From Octopus vulgaris (taxonomy: Eukaryota), in assembly GCA_951406725.2 (NCBI GenBank), contig OX597826.1, positions 30,442,001-30,506,000 of the forward strand: a stretch of 64,000 nt of DNA, read 5' to 3'. The notes beneath the pieces are model-generated. The model did not search any database, was not told the origin of the DNA, and was given only the letters and a program-made list of their open reading frames with translations. The translations under genes and the position numbers were made by a program. Below, one piece after another: positions 14,555 to 29,730 of this stretch. Position 1 is the stretch's first letter. Every line of letters begins with the position of its first letter.

Positions 14555-15268
14555 GGCCACCAATATCGTTATGACAGAGAAACACCGTCATGGAAGAAGT
14601 ATACAGCGATTAGGGCGAAGAAACCCACAGCTTCGGAATAATGATGATGTAGGCGTTTATATAACAGTTGCATTTATATCAGACTGTTATAAGGGTCTCT
14701 AACCTTGTCTCGTATATTATTACGTTTATCATGCATGGTTACTACATTATGAATATCAGGGTCTGTGCAATATTCGCCAACTAACATTATATTTCAGTGA
14801 ATACGTAATTAACTTTATCTAACAGCTGGGATTAATTTCCGTCGAATCCGACGCAACTCCAGTTCCATTTAGAAGCAGCAACGTTGTTTCACAAAGTTTC
14901 CATATCTCAGCATTTTCTACGCACATTCGTAAAGAAAAGCAAACAGATTTATACACAAAATTTATGTAACTGTTGCACATGTGCATACAATGATTTATAG
15001 CTGATCACGTTTTTTCCTTATATAAATAGTCTAATGATATTATATATAGCACACTCGTGTGTCTTCTTTTAAGATATAAAACAGACAAGTTTACATTTCA
15101 GATGAGAAAAAAGTGCCATCATTTGTAATTATGATTTATTTCTTTTTAATATTCATATTAAATAATAATAAAGTTTCCTTTATTACTATTTGTAATAATA
15201 AAACTTATTGGCGCATTTCTATAAAAAAATGTTCGCCACTTCTAATAATAATAAAAATAATAATGATG

Positions 15269-15328
<60 letters not shown>

Positions 15329-15330
<2 letters not shown>

Positions 15331-16053
15331 CCAATCTGTGCTTCCCAAGAGCAAGCATTAAGGAACCAATTACATTAAATACAGAATAGACAACACATCA
15401 GAAAGGGATAATTGCAAAAGTTGTGGACAAAATGGTGAAACCGTATGGCACATTACGAGGCAATGTACGCCACTAGCGCAGAAAGAATGTAAGAGACGTC
15501 ATGGCAATGTAGTAAGGATTGTCCATTGGACACTTTGCAACAAGTATGGAGTTAACAGAGCAAAAAAGTGGCACGAACATAAACCCTAAGGTATCATCGA
15601 AAATGATAATGCAAAGATCCTATGGGATTTTATGATTCAGTGCGACCATTAGATAGAGAATAGGAAACCAAACATAATGCTAATTGAGAAAGAAGCCAAA
15701 CGATGCTGGATCATAGATATAGCATCCCCAGCTAACAACAAGGTATGCGATAAGGAAGAAAGAAAAGTCGATAGATATGACCGGTTAGCTTGGGAGGTTA
15801 AACAGTTGTGATCGCTGAAAAAGGTGGTAGTAGTACCAATAGTTGTCGGAGCCCTGGGAACGGTGAGTAAAAATCTCGAGAAATACATGGGACAAATAGG
15901 AGCTGCAATAAGGGTGGAGCACTTGCAGAAAACAGCACTGCTTGGAACCGCTCGAATACTCCAGATGGTGCTCGAAAAATAAGAGGTGTTACCTTAGTTT
16001 AGTGAACAGCTGACACCGTAGTACATCTCCAGCGTTAGAAGCTGTTCAAAGAC
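15329..16053 (+). mobile_element. 5'-truncated R4/Dong-like non-LTR retrotransposon (zinc knuckle plus restriction-like endonuclease), degenerate
   Basis: Translation gives QEQAL..CKSCGQNGETVWHITRQC..RHGNV..KILWDF..RKPNIMLI..IIDIASP..VPIVVGALG..LQKTALLGTARIL, with internal stops; final stop at 15980-15982; flanked by (TAA)n. Confidence 0.85.
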
Positions 16054-16149
16054 AATAAAATAATTATAATAGTCACTTTGATGGCATGCACTGCTCTCTC
16101 AATCATAATAATGATGAAGAGGATAATGAAAATAATAATAACAATAACA

Positions 16150-16351
16150 ATCCTTTCTACTGAAATTCGCGGCGAGGGGACTACTCGATTACATCGACCC
16201 CAGTAGTTCACTGGTACTTAATTCATCGACCCCGACAGGATGGCAAACAAGGTCGACCTCGGCGGAATTTGAACCCAGAACGTAGCGGCAGACGAAACAC
16301 TTCTAAGCAATTTCGCCCGGCGTGCTGACGATTCTACCAGCTCGCCGCCTT
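16150..16351 (-). mobile_element. SINE-like repeat family B
   Basis: Reverse complement of the family B head and body (ccagctcgccgcctt end). Confidence 0.8.
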
Positions 16352-16486
16352 ACTCAATATTAATAACAAAAAGAACAAAAAAGAATAATTATATTCGGCG
16401 AAGTTATTATGTATCTACTGTATTAAAGTGTTAAAGGTAAATTCCTGTTGTATAAACAATGTCGAAGTGTGGGAATGACATGTTGA

Positions 16487-16566
<80 letters not shown>

Positions 16567-17430
16567 ATGCTATTAGCACATGCACACAAGAACACTCAGA
16601 GACGACTATTATCTGTGAGTGTATGTGCTTGAGATAGTAGGAGGCATACGTGTGTGAGCGCATGAAATTTGGCATTCGTACCGGTGGAACCTCTAAAAAT
16701 GGACTTTTATGATAAATAATGTTTATCCTCAAGCTACAAACGAATAAAAATTTCTATTCCGGTAGTCTCGGGCATTTGTTCAATTTGTTTGATTTATTTT
16801 ATTCTGTGTGTGTGATAAACTTATATTTATCCTTGTCTTTGTCTATAATTTATGAGCATAATATGCTTTTATATGTATGCCCATGGTTAAACATAGGTAA
16901 TTTACCGGTAGTGTAAGGGATACTTCTATCCGTTAGACGGTTATTTTAACCTCTACTTCAGCTAACCGTGTAAAAGTTTTTCAAAGTTTATATAACATGC
17001 ATAGATATTTATATACATAATTAAATATATACATGTGTGCGCATGTATAAATATAATTGCGCGTGAAAGCGACGAAAAATCTTAGACAAATTAATTATAA
17101 ATGTTAAGGTGAATCTAACAGATTTTGTATCTTTTTAAACGGTTTATAAAAACTTACTACGCTGCAATCGTTTTTGTTTTTGCACACGATCTCAGATCAA
17201 GTCACTTGCTATGCAAATACATCTATATATATATACGAGGACAACAGGCCAGAAAGACGCAGATAAAAACCAGATAAAATGTTTCTCCTATGTCTAACAC
17301 TGCAAACATTATGTGATTCGTCTTTTAGAATTTTTCTGTAAACCTACGCTGCAAATGGAGGTGGTACGGAAACATTTGTAACTTATAATTGAAGATGTGT
17401 TAAAGAATTTTCTTTCTCTTCTTTTCATTT

Positions 17431-17537
<107 letters not shown>

Positions 17538-17632
17538 AGAGAGAAAAATAGAAAGATAGAAATGGATAAATAGATAACAATAAACAAGTCCATGGACTTT
17601 TCGAAGTTAATATTATTAGGTTGACACTCACG

Positions 17633-18030
17633 AAGGCGGCGAACTGGCAGAACCGTTAGCGCGCCGGACGAAATGCTTGGTCGTATTTCGTCTGCCACTA
17701 CGTTCTGAGTTCAAATTCCGCCGAGGTCGACTTTGCCTTTCATCATTTCAGGGTCGATAAATTAAGTACCAGTTACGCACTGGGGTCGATATAATCGACT
17801 TAATCCGTTTGTCTGTCCTTGTTTGTCCTCGCTGTGTTTAGCTCCTTGTGGGTAGTAAAGAAATAGGTATTCGTCTGCCGCTGCGTTCTAAGTTCAAATT
17901 CCGCCGGGGTAGATTTTGCCTTTCATTCTTTCGGGGTCGATGAAACGTACAGTCGAGCACTGGGATCGCTGTTATCGACGAGTCTCCTCCCCCAAATTTC
18001 AGACCTTTGGCCTGTAGTAGAAAGGATTAT
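17633..18030 (+). mobile_element. SINE-like repeat family B (internally duplicated form)
   Basis: aaggcggcgaactggcagaaccgttagc...gagttcaaattccgccgaggtcgactttgcc; body repeated twice; colinear with 53521-53915. Confidence 0.85.
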
Positions 18031-18376
18031 TAGGTTAACGCTCTCGGAAAGGACAAACTGATAGTGTAAAATTGTAACTTTTCGGATATAGTCCTTCGTC
18101 GAATATTAGAAGTAAGACTAGGTGAGACAGAGATATATATGTATACATAATAATATGTATGTGTATATGTCTCTCCTAGTCTTCTAGTATTCGGCAAAGG
18201 ACTATATATGCATATGTATATGAGCGTGTTTGTATGTATATATGTATCAGGTATGCATGTATATGTCTATTTGTCTATCATATTTTCATTTGCTTTTACT
18301 ACTGCGTAAAAATATGCTTGACATACATATATATGTGTGTGCGTGTGCGTATGTGTGTTTGTACGTCTGTGTGTTT

Positions 18377-18419
<43 letters not shown>

Positions 18420-18517
18420 ATATGTATATATATATATGTATATATACATATATTTATCAATATAAACATGTATCTTTCTATCTCTCTCTCTGTTTATATA
18501 CTTATATATATATATAC

Positions 18518-18564
<47 letters not shown>

Positions 18565-19423
18565 GGTACATATACGCATCAGTATAGCAATTGCAATACA
18601 CAGAGAGGCGAAAATAAACGCCCCAGACAGATAAAGAATTATTTAGACTTCGGTGCAGTGCGTGTTTGTGTGTGTGTGTATGTGTGTATCTGGGTGTGCG
18701 CGCAAGTGTGTGTGTGAATATGAGTGTGTGTGTTTGCGTGAATGTGCTTATGTGTATTGCCGTGTATGCGCATGTATACGTTGCATCAGGTGCATGTAAA
18801 ACGTAGTAGAAACAGTCTTAAAGAGTTATGTTTACGACCTAGATATGTCATAAAATATTACTAAAGATAGACTGCTTGAGATATTTTTTAATCATAAGCG
18901 ACTTTCAGTCAAGTTTTTCTATTTGTTATTTTGTTTGTATTATTTGTTTCTATTATTTATTTTGTTTCTTCGTTTGTTCGACTACTTTTTTCTTTTTCTT
19001 TTTTTTTTCTATTTTCTTCTGAAACTACCAAAATGATGTAAAACCATATGTGTGCATGTTTGTGTTTGTGTGTGTATGTTAGTGTGCGTATGTGAACGTC
19101 TGTTTGTATATCTATCTAATTATGTCTCTCTATCAATCTTTGTAGTTATCTGTTTTTCTAGTTATCTATGCACAAGCATATATATATATATTCATGTTTG
19201 TGCAAACGTATACCTTTATACATATGTTCGTATATGCAGGTCTATAATATATGTACAGGCAGAAAGATTTATACCAATACCCCCCCCCCCACACACACAC
19301 ATATATATATAAACATATATATATATGTATACATGTATATATACGTATACATGTATATATATACATATATATATATACACACATATATGTATATGTATAC
19401 ATGTATATATATATACATACATA

Positions 19424-19467
<44 letters not shown>

Positions 19468-20359
19468 CACATATATACGCACATATATATGTACACTCTC
19501 ACACATATATATATGTATATAAACTCTCAGCATACATTAATATATATATATATATACAAGCATACCTACGTCTATACCTTCATATATGTGTGTGTATATA
19601 TTACCCAAACACTAATACACCAGAACTATTTTTATTTTGTTATAGCCATGTTTTCAACTTAGATCTAAAAGTTTTATTTACTCATTGTTCGTGTGATTTT
19701 TCTGGTTCTTATTTTTGCTTGCTATTTTCATGCTCGGTTTTACATTTTTCCGTCTCAGTGAAATAAATGCTCGAATTTCTTTTTCCTTTTTTTTTTTTAC
19801 TGGAAACTGTAAAAGCGGATTACTTTTGAGGATTTGGGATAAACACTGATCTATACAGACTGCCGTGAGCTGAATAGAATACAGTCGAGAATCCCTTATT
19901 CGAAATTGTAAAGGTTACGAATCTCGAATCTTTTCGGATTTCAGAACATTCTGTTTTTGCATCTATAAAATGGGACTGCTTGGGGACGAGACCCAATTTT
20001 AAATACAGTATCCATTTATATTTCACACTATATAAACTAAACAGAACATGATTATCACTTATCAAAATTTAGCGCTTCGTAACATCTATAAACAGCTGTA
20101 TTTGATGGATTCTTCTCAGCTTTTGTGGGATTTTCTGTTTGTCATATGCCATAAAAGATTTCGGATTTTTTGAATTTCGGTTAAAGGAATTTCAACTGGA
20201 GTTGTTTCGTTCTCCATACAAGTTCTACCGACGTCAACTTTGCCATTAATCCTTCCAGGGTCGATAAAAAACAATGTATTATTCAAGAACTAGCGGCGAT
20301 AATATTCACCAATTCTCCCCTCGGAATTACTGGATCCGGTGCTAAAATTATTACGCATT

Positions 20360-20720
20360 AAAGCAGCGATCTGGCAGAAACGTTAGCACACCGGGCGAAA
20401 TGCTTGGCGGTATTTCAAATTCCACCGAGGTCGACTTTGCCTTTCATCCTTTCGATGTAATCGAATTAATCCGTTTGTCTGTCTTTGTTTGTCCTCTCTG
20501 TGTTTAGCCCCTTGTGGGTAGCAAAGAAATGGGTATTTTGTCTGCCGTTACGTTCTGAGTTCAAATTCCGCCGAGGTTGACTTTGCCTTTCATCCTTTCG
20601 GGGTCGATAAATCAAGTACCAGTTACGCACCAGTGCGTAACTGGTACTTGATTTAATCGACGTAATCCCTTTGTCTGTCCTTGTTTGTCCCCTCTTGTGG
20701 GCAATAAAGGAATAAGAATC
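20360..20720 (+). mobile_element. SINE-like repeat family B
   Basis: Same motifs as 17633-18030. Confidence 0.8.
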
Positions 20721-22466
20721 GTTAGTGAGAATGGAAAAATAATCTTGTATAATTTGTTCAAATTCCAGCCAATGTTAACTTTACCTTTGAGTTGATGATC
20801 TGCAGAATTGTTACCACGCTGGACAAAATGCATAGCAGCATTCCATCCGTTTTTGTATTCTGGGTCCAAATTCCCATTTTGGGGTCGATAAGCACTGGAG
20901 TCGATGTAAGCGACTCACCCCTTCCCCGAAATTTCTGACTCTGTACCAAAATTTGAAACTGATATTAACTGTACCTTTTATTCCGCCAGTCTATGAAATA
21001 AAGCGTGTTGTGTTCTTGAGCAAGACACTTTATTTTCATGTTGCTTCACTTCCCTCAACTGTAGAAATGAGTTGCGACGTCCCTAGTGCCAAACTGTATC
21101 GGCCTTTGCCTTTCCCTTGGATAACATCAATGGCGCGAAGAGATGGCTGGCATGCATGGAAGATTGCGATCTTCCATTAACAACATGGCCCGGGCTTGTG
21201 CTTCGGAGAGGAACTTTCTAGGTTCAATTCCATGGTCATTCATGACTGAAGGGGGGTATTGACCCTTTACACTTTTTATCCTTTTACCTAAATTAGAAAC
21301 AATTAAAGCAGGTATTCTTATATATTAATATTCCTATATATTAAAGCAATGATCTGGTAAAATCGTTAGAAAGAAGGAAAACAATATCTTTCGACATTTG
21401 TTCCGGATCCTTGTTCCAATTTCAATTCTCACCGGGGTCATTTGTGTCTTTTAGCTTTCCAAACTCGATAATAGAAAGTACCAGTAAAATACTACGGTGG
21501 ATGGTACTGCCTTATTCTTACCCTCAAAATCAGAGTCTACATTAGAAGAAACAAAACAAATAAAATAGCGGATGATAGAGTCAGGAGAGCGAAACATAAT
21601 GTGTCTTGAGGGAACAAGTTGCGTAACTCCATGTTCAAACTTTACTAAGGCGTGAGATCAAATGCTATGATGGTATATTTTTTCCTCTTTTAACATCGGG
21701 GTCCTACCATAGCGTAAATTTTAGCTTATGTCCTACCATAGCCTAAATTCATATTGAGCCTTATGCGTGAGATTAGGCAAGCAGAACCTATATGGAAGGC
21801 CATCGGTTACACCTATAGTTGTCACACATACACACATACATACTTTGAAGCATTCATACATACACACACTCATACATACTTATAAATACATACACACACA
21901 CGCACGCGCGCGCTCATGCATACATACATGCATACATACATACATACATACATACATACATACATACATACATACATACATACATACATAGGCTTCTCAA
22001 AACCAGAAAGGGGAAAGCTGATTTGGAGTCTACAGATCCACGTTAACCCTGGAACTGTAATAACCTGTAAAACTTACCAGCATTTTATCGTTTAAATATA
22101 TATGCTCATGTCTAGGCATGCAAATAAATGCATGAGAATATGTACATAAAGCGAAACATACATATCTGCACATGCACTGACTCTAAATACTGCACATGTA
22201 CACACACATGCATGCAAAAAATACCCTGTTGATGTTGAAATTCCAGTAAACGAGTCTTCGGTTTAGGTTAGAAATTGGCTCTTTCTCTATTGGCAAGAAA
22301 TCTTGAAATAAAACTGAATAATGATATACATACATATCCTTGTGAGTATGTATGTATGTGTGTTTGTGTGTGTGTATTGTGAGTGCGTTTGAGTATGTTG
22401 TGTGTGTGTGTACGAGTGTGTGTGTTTGTGTTTCTGTCTGTGTTTCTGTATGTGTTGTGTATGTAT

Positions 22467-22516
<50 letters not shown>

Positions 22517-23035
22517 GTGTGTGTGCCTCTGTGTGTGTATATGCGTAACGTATAGGAATACCTATTTAGAAACGCTGTTTGTGAGGATTTAGGCTTTGTT
22601 CATCACATTTTGTAAGCGCACGTATAAGAGAAGCAATACGAATGCACACATTACAACTATATAACGCATGCTCACGTACATACAGTCAAGCAGTGGATCT
22701 GGAAATGATGCATGCGTACATAAATCGTCAAATAATATAGCAATTGCGCATGTCCATTGTGCAATAGACAATGTTACCCTTCAGATAAGGAAAGGAACCG
22801 CCATTTGTAATAATGATATATATTTGGTGAATATAAATAAAAAGATAAATATAAAATGAATAAGAAGAAAATGAAAAGAAAAAAACACAAGGGCTGTAGT
22901 GAAAGATGCGGTGTGTGGTGAGTTGTGAAATAATAAAATGAGGAAAATGATGTGAGAACGTGTTAGAAAGATGAGTAATTTGTCTGTGTGTGTGTTTCTG
23001 TGGGAGTGTGTGTATGTATGTGCAATTGTGTATAG

Positions 23036-23091
<56 letters not shown>

Positions 23092-23138
23092 CGTTAGTAT
23101 GAAAGCACAGATGTTTCATACAGCCACATACATGTGCG

Positions 23139-23174
<36 letters not shown>

Positions 23175-23912
23175 TAGGTATGTATGGATATATATAGAGA
23201 TCTGTATGTGTATATATACTTAATATGTCTGTACATGTATACACACGCACATATATATATATAAGTATATGCATTTACACACACACATATATATATACAT
23301 ATCTTTGTGAGTATATATATATATATATATATGCATGCTCATATATGTGTATATATCGATATAAATTTACAAGCATACAGATATATAACACACACACATA
23401 CATACACACATACATACTTTTACACGAATGTTCGTGATAATTCCCAATTGTAGAGGTGTGAATGAACGAAAGATATTAAGTTGTGGTTACGTCATAGAAA
23501 CCACCATCACCAAAAAAGAAAACGGAACAGATATTACACGAGGCAGATCGATTCTCTCCCGTTCAATATCATTTCTCGAGTTTATGCGTCATATCATTCT
23601 ATCCACCAGTCATCGATATATAAGAATAAAAAAAAATCAGAATATAGAAGCTAGCTAAATGTGAATCGATATCTTACTAACTAGGCAATTTAATTTATTA
23701 CTCTACGCTGCTTCCGTAAATAGAAAAGCCCGGCACAGCGGTTTATCGTTGGGCAAACACATTGCTGCAGTTAGGTGAAGATGCATGCATGTTTATTTGG
23801 GATTAGTTTAAGGGATTTTTCTCCCGTTGCAGAATTCAAGCTAGCTACTAAGAATGTGAAAAAGGTTTTATTGTTTAAGTCAAGACAGAAATTGATGCTC
23901 TGGGATATGTGA

Positions 23913-24076
<164 letters not shown>

Positions 24077-24469
24077 CAGTTGTCCATAAGTCAGGAAAAA
24101 AGCATATTCTACAAGAAATTTTAAGCAGATATATTTTATGTAGTCGAGTAGTAATTCCTCTGTTATGCCATATGACCACTCAGAAAGTTACCATTGGTTT
24201 CACGCATACTATTACACTTGCCAATATAGGCAATTCAACTGAGAGCAGTAAACTGGCAGAATCGTTAGCACGCCGGGAAAAATACTTAGCGGCATGTTGT
24301 CCTTCTGTATGTTCTGAGTTCAAATTCCGCCGAAGTCATCTTTACCCTTCATCATTTCGAAGTCGATGAAGTAAGTACCAGTTGAGCATTGTAGGTGTTG
24401 TAATCGACTTGCCGAAATTGTTGGCCTTCTACCAAAATTTGAAACCAATATAAGCGATTGATCAGACCT

Positions 24470-24780
24470 GTTGTCTGAAAACACATGAACTGTTTGCCAA
24501 TGGCGGTAAATATACAAACTTTGTCAGTCTGATGGAAGGACAAGCCGAAACGAGAAAAGTCAGTCTGAGTACGTTTTTGCAGCAGCAGGAACGGAAGGAC
24601 ACACAGAAATATGTCGGAGCAATGGAGGACCCTTTTAAGACCCGGCTAAATAACCACAAGTGCTTATTTCCTTTCTAAGAGACGAACAGCATTACAACAT
24701 TAACCAGGTGTATATGACGATTGAAAGAACAGGGAAAGCCAGGGAAATTTAAGGGGAATCTGTTAAACAATGTGAGCCAT
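24470..24780 (+). pseudogene. Degenerate GIY-YIG endonuclease fragment of a Penelope-like element
   Basis: Translation TQKYVGAMEDPFKTRLNNHKCLF..NSITTLTRCI*RLKEQG resembles the PLE GIY-YIG pattern YIG-x-T-x3-FKxRxxNHK..T.LS.YIW.LK; contains stops. Confidence 0.55.
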
Positions 24781-24799
24781 ACCTTCTTAAGTTCAAAAT

Positions 24800-25560
24800 G
24801 TGAAATTTTTAGCCGACGCCGTCATGACAGAAAATTCGTTGTGGAAACGTGGTCCTCTAGTTTGCGGACTAGAGAACGAAATAAAAGTTCACAAACATTT
24901 CATTTTCCAAATTTTGTTGAATCTACAGGCAGAGTAAAAAAATTTATGAACACCAGTTTTGAATTCGATGTCCATAACATTCAACTTAATTCAAGTCCAT
25001 AAAATGCAGATTCTCAAGGCCACAATAAGGGAAATTATGGCGGTTAATTGACTCGCATAATTTCTATGTAGCGTCATCATTTCAAAACGTCTTTGTTGGA
25101 AAGTGTGCAGCTTGTTCACATTTTGCCGGGTATCAATCGCAATACTCCGATGTTTCATTCCGGATCTTCTTCATTGAGAGCAGGGACCATTCTTGGAATG
25201 TAACTTTTCCAGTGACAGCAATTCAAAATGTAATGGACTCTTGATTTTGAAATTCTTATCTCATGAATTTCTTATCATACAGATTTTCTTGAATTCTGGC
25301 GATAGGTTTCTATTTCTCTTTCTTGCTTTATGGGCTCATCAATGTCGATGTCTGCGTGTTCCGAAATAATTCTTGTTGACATTCTAGACACTACAGTACC
25401 ATCTACAAGTGTATCTTTATTTCGTGCGATAAGTCATGTATGTGGATCTGTTTAAAACACCCTCTTAAACTGTCTTTGCACGACAAGTGTTTTCGAACTC
25501 CCAGTAGAAATTTAGGATTTTAGAACAAAATGTTATTTTGTTCAAACCTTAATCTGAATG
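24800..25560 (-). mobile_element. Highly degraded Tc1/mariner-superfamily transposase remnant related to 55278-56515
   Basis: Minus-strand translation includes [32 protein letters not shown], matching KSSVHCILK..KSFIPRIAHVLNEDHPE of the 55-56 kb element. Confidence 0.55.
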
Positions 25561-25830
25561 CCATCATTAGTTTTGATGGATGAAATCTAAAAGAAATGAA
25601 ATTTAAATTAGCAGGGGTCGTAATTTATAACATATGTATGTTTGTTTGTAACTATGTATGTATGCACGCATACATGCAGAAACATACATACATAAACACA
25701 CATACGCACACACGCACACGTACATACAAACACACATACATACATACATACATAAACGTAGACATATAGACATTTTAGTGAGCAGACTGTAGCGTGTAAA
25801 CAGAGAATTATGTTTGTATGTATGCACACC

Positions 25831-25909
<79 letters not shown>

Positions 25910-25915
25910 TAATAA

Positions 25916-26472
25916 ATGCCCTGATGCAGTACCAGGCAGTGGCTCTCATGGCTTCTGATCTTAACTGATTGGAAGTGTTATCATGTACATTGTTTTGTCT
26001 TGGTATAAAAGATGGGCTACAGCAAATATTCTGCTCAATACCACAGATTTGCTTGTCAGTTGTTTGACCTTAACCAGTTGAGCATGTCCCTTAGTGGCTG
26101 ACGATATGTGCGTCTCTGATCACGAGCAGAAGTAGTGGGGGAGCATCATAGCCATGTGTTGAGAGGGATTCTTTGGGGTTTGAATGATTCACCTCTGGAA
26201 ACATGGGTGGTTCTTTCAACATCCTTAAACAACCCTTATTCAGGGACCTTTTGAGCGGGATGGGCTACTCAACCTGAAGAAAATTCTAACTGGGCCCCAC
26301 CTACAAGGTCATGTGCTGTTTATCTTGATATGAGATCACCATGTCGCGCACCTATGGTTGTGATGCATGTGCCTGGTGTACCTTTATCAGACGGGTAGTC
26401 ATGATGGGTATACTGGGCTTCGTATATTTTACCCCAGTGTCACTTTGATGGCATGCACTGCTCTCTCACTCA
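25916..26472 (+). mobile_element. Non-coding ~555-bp interspersed element inserted in (TAA)n
   Basis: Sharp, GC-richer block with (TAA)n on both sides; its 3' end (gtcactttgatggcatgcactgctctctc) recurs at about 16072-16100, again followed by TAA repeats. Confidence 0.65.
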
Positions 26473-26819
26473 ATAATAATAATAATAATAATAATAATGA
26501 TAATAATCATAACGATACTGATGAAAACTGGTAATGATTTTCTTTTTTATCCAAAAGATCTTGAGGAAGTCCAATAAAATTGAATGCAATTTAAAGTGAA
26601 GTTTAATCTTGGGTGTTTTGGTGACCCTTGCCAACATTTTGTTGGGGTAAGAAAACTCGGGTAGCCTTAGTGCTGGTTGTATACTTCCAGTTAGTGGTTT
26701 GTGAATCGAAGATGTAAGTGAACTAATAAAATATTAAGTATGAACTTTTGGACAGGGCATACATGTATGCACGCATACATGTATGCACGCATACATGTAT
26801 AAATATATGTACGCCATGT

Positions 26820-27200
26820 GAGTATTTATGTATGGTTGAGAAGCCCGACTTGGAATCATGCAATCTCCGGTTCGGTCCTACTGGGCTGCACCTTCGGCAA
26901 GTATCTTCTACTATAGACTCTGCCAGCCAATGTCTTCTGAATGAATTTGGTTCAAGGAAACTGCACTGAAACATGTAGTGTATGAATGAATATATGTGTA
27001 TGTGTGTCTTTGCGATTGTCCCTTATCACCCCGTGGCAACATGTGTTGGTTTGTGTATGCCCTGTAACTTAGAGGTTGGCCAAACGTAACAAATAAAATA
27101 AGTAGCGTACTTAAAAATAAGTAGTGAGGTTGATTCCTTCAGCTAAAAATTCTTCAGTATGGCCACGAGCTAAGGACTGAAACAAATAAACAGATAAAAG
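26820..27200 (+). mobile_element. SINE family A (diverged)
   Basis: ccggttcggtcctactgg..cttcggcaagtatcttctactatag..gactgaaacaaataaa. Confidence 0.65.
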
Positions 27201-27211
27201 ATAAAAGATAA

Positions 27212-27277
<66 letters not shown>

Positions 27278-28055
27278 GAATATATATATATATATATACA
27301 TATATACAAACACACATAAACATATACATATATATGTCTGCGTGTATGTGTGTGTGCAGCTGTATATGTGTGAGCGCGTGTGTATCAGTGTGTGCGGGGC
27401 GTATACAGATAGACAAAAACAGACAGAGAGACAGATATATACACAGACAGATAGATACATACGTGCATAGACATAAATACATACATACATACATACATAC
27501 ATACATACATAGATTCCTTCATAAACGTAGACATCTAGACATTTTAGCGAGCAGACTGTATCGTGTAAACAGAGAACAGCTATTTAATATGGCGATTTTT
27601 CTTGCAATAACTTTCCTGCCGTTATTTCCGCTCTTGTTTCATGTTCTGCTTTTATTTGTTTTTAATTCACTTATATTCAATTGCAGCGATTGATTCTCTT
27701 TTATTTATGTTGGCTATTATGGATGGAGATATAATGTGCTATAAATATATATTTTAAGTGTTTGTGTCTTTGTTTGTCCTCCTCCCATCCCGGGTCTCAT
27801 TTCCAGTGATAAGCTATATATAAACACATCAGATCTCTCTATATATATATGTGTGCGTGTGTGTACACATATACACAAACAAGCACAAGCACACAGACGC
27901 ACGCGCACACACATAAATGCATACGCATACACACACGTACACGCGTAAGTTCCACGCCCTCCTTTTCCAAGTAATTAACTCGCCATTCACTTTTGTTTCG
28001 AGACAACAGAATGAAAGACAAAAAACAAACATATGCAAATATATACACATCTATA

Positions 28056-28114
<59 letters not shown>

Positions 28115-28407
28115 GCATATATACACAAATTTGCGTGAATATATATATAAGTACTTATATATGCATATGTATATGAAGTTATATAGGTGTATATATATAT
28201 ACGCATATATTTATGAAAATAGTGATGTACACACATGCATCTTTATATATTATAGAAAAACAACGAATTTTATAAAAAAACAAACACACAGAAAACACGC
28301 GGCAATCGCGTATACATACACAAGCAGATAATACACACATGTGCGTATAGACACACCCTTATCTATATCTATCGCTTGATATATACATATACATACCTAT
28401 ATATAAG

Positions 28408-28449
<42 letters not shown>

Positions 28450-28599
28450 TACATATATATATATATAAATGTGTATATATATATATATACATATATATTT
28501 ATATATATATACATATATAAATATACATATATACATATATATACATATACATATGCACATACATATATATATACATATACATATGCATATGTAGTTATA

Positions 28600-28660
<61 letters not shown>

Positions 28661-28686
28661 ATATATATATATATGTATGTGTATTA

Positions 28687-28725
<39 letters not shown>

Positions 28726-28871
28726 TAAGTCGAGAGGTTTATTGAGAGCTAGATAGATAAACGAGATATATCTGTTGGTGTACATCTATGTTCCTCTGGG
28801 TCTTTGTGAAGCGTTACCGTGTTTTTATGAATGTACGGGTGTTGATGTGTGTGTTAGTGTGTGTGTGTGTC

Positions 28872-28928
<57 letters not shown>

Positions 28929-29414
28929 ATACAGGAACTCTTTAGCAGATAAGTCCTATCTAGAAACAACGCAACGATGAATTTATTTCCAGAAAATCGA
29001 TTTTCCCATCCCAATCTCCGTCGTTTATGGCTAACTATAACCAACAGTTTTTGCGAGCGGAAGTCACACTGACCGCGTGGAGAAGCTGCCACTCTCTCAG
29101 ATCACTTCAAAACTTATGAGTTCTGATCTTTGTTGCAATGCCTGTATGATGCATATACTGTATATTGAATGACCATCGGAACGAAGGGTCGATAAATAAA
29201 GTAGCAGTTTCGCACTGGGTCGATGTAATTGACTTAATCCGTTTGTCTGTCCCTGTTTGTCCCCTCTGTGTTTGGCCCCTTGTGGGTAGTAAAGAAATAT
29301 ATATAAAGCAGTTTGGACTAGAAATTGAGAATAGCGACTGAAGACTGTTTCGGTGTTTTAGCTCCGAATGACTTTGTCACCACCTCCATTTTAATCTCTC
29401 TATTTCTCTATCTC

Positions 29415-29462
<48 letters not shown>

Positions 29463-29730
29463 TCTCACCCTCTCTTCCTATGTGTGTATGTGCGTGTGTG
29501 TATGTGTATGTGTGCACGCATATATATATGGGCGATTACAGTCCCTGTTTTCATGTATGTATACAATTATGTGCTTTGACTGCAGCGTTAGAGCATTTAG
29601 CTCTTATTTCTAGCAATCTAGGTGTTTCTAACACCCTCAGTCCTTCTTAACGACTGTTATAGTTTTCCTTTCTGGTATACATTGCTTACCGCTGCCTACA
29701 TTAATTGTATATATGTATACACAAGCAACA

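Noticed and set aside
28930-29092. Peptide LLVIVSHKRRRL..NKFIVAL resembling a GPCR TM1-ICL1-TM2 segment
   Set aside because: On the strand opposite the GPCR exon, wrong spacing, and no GN or LAxxD motifs.
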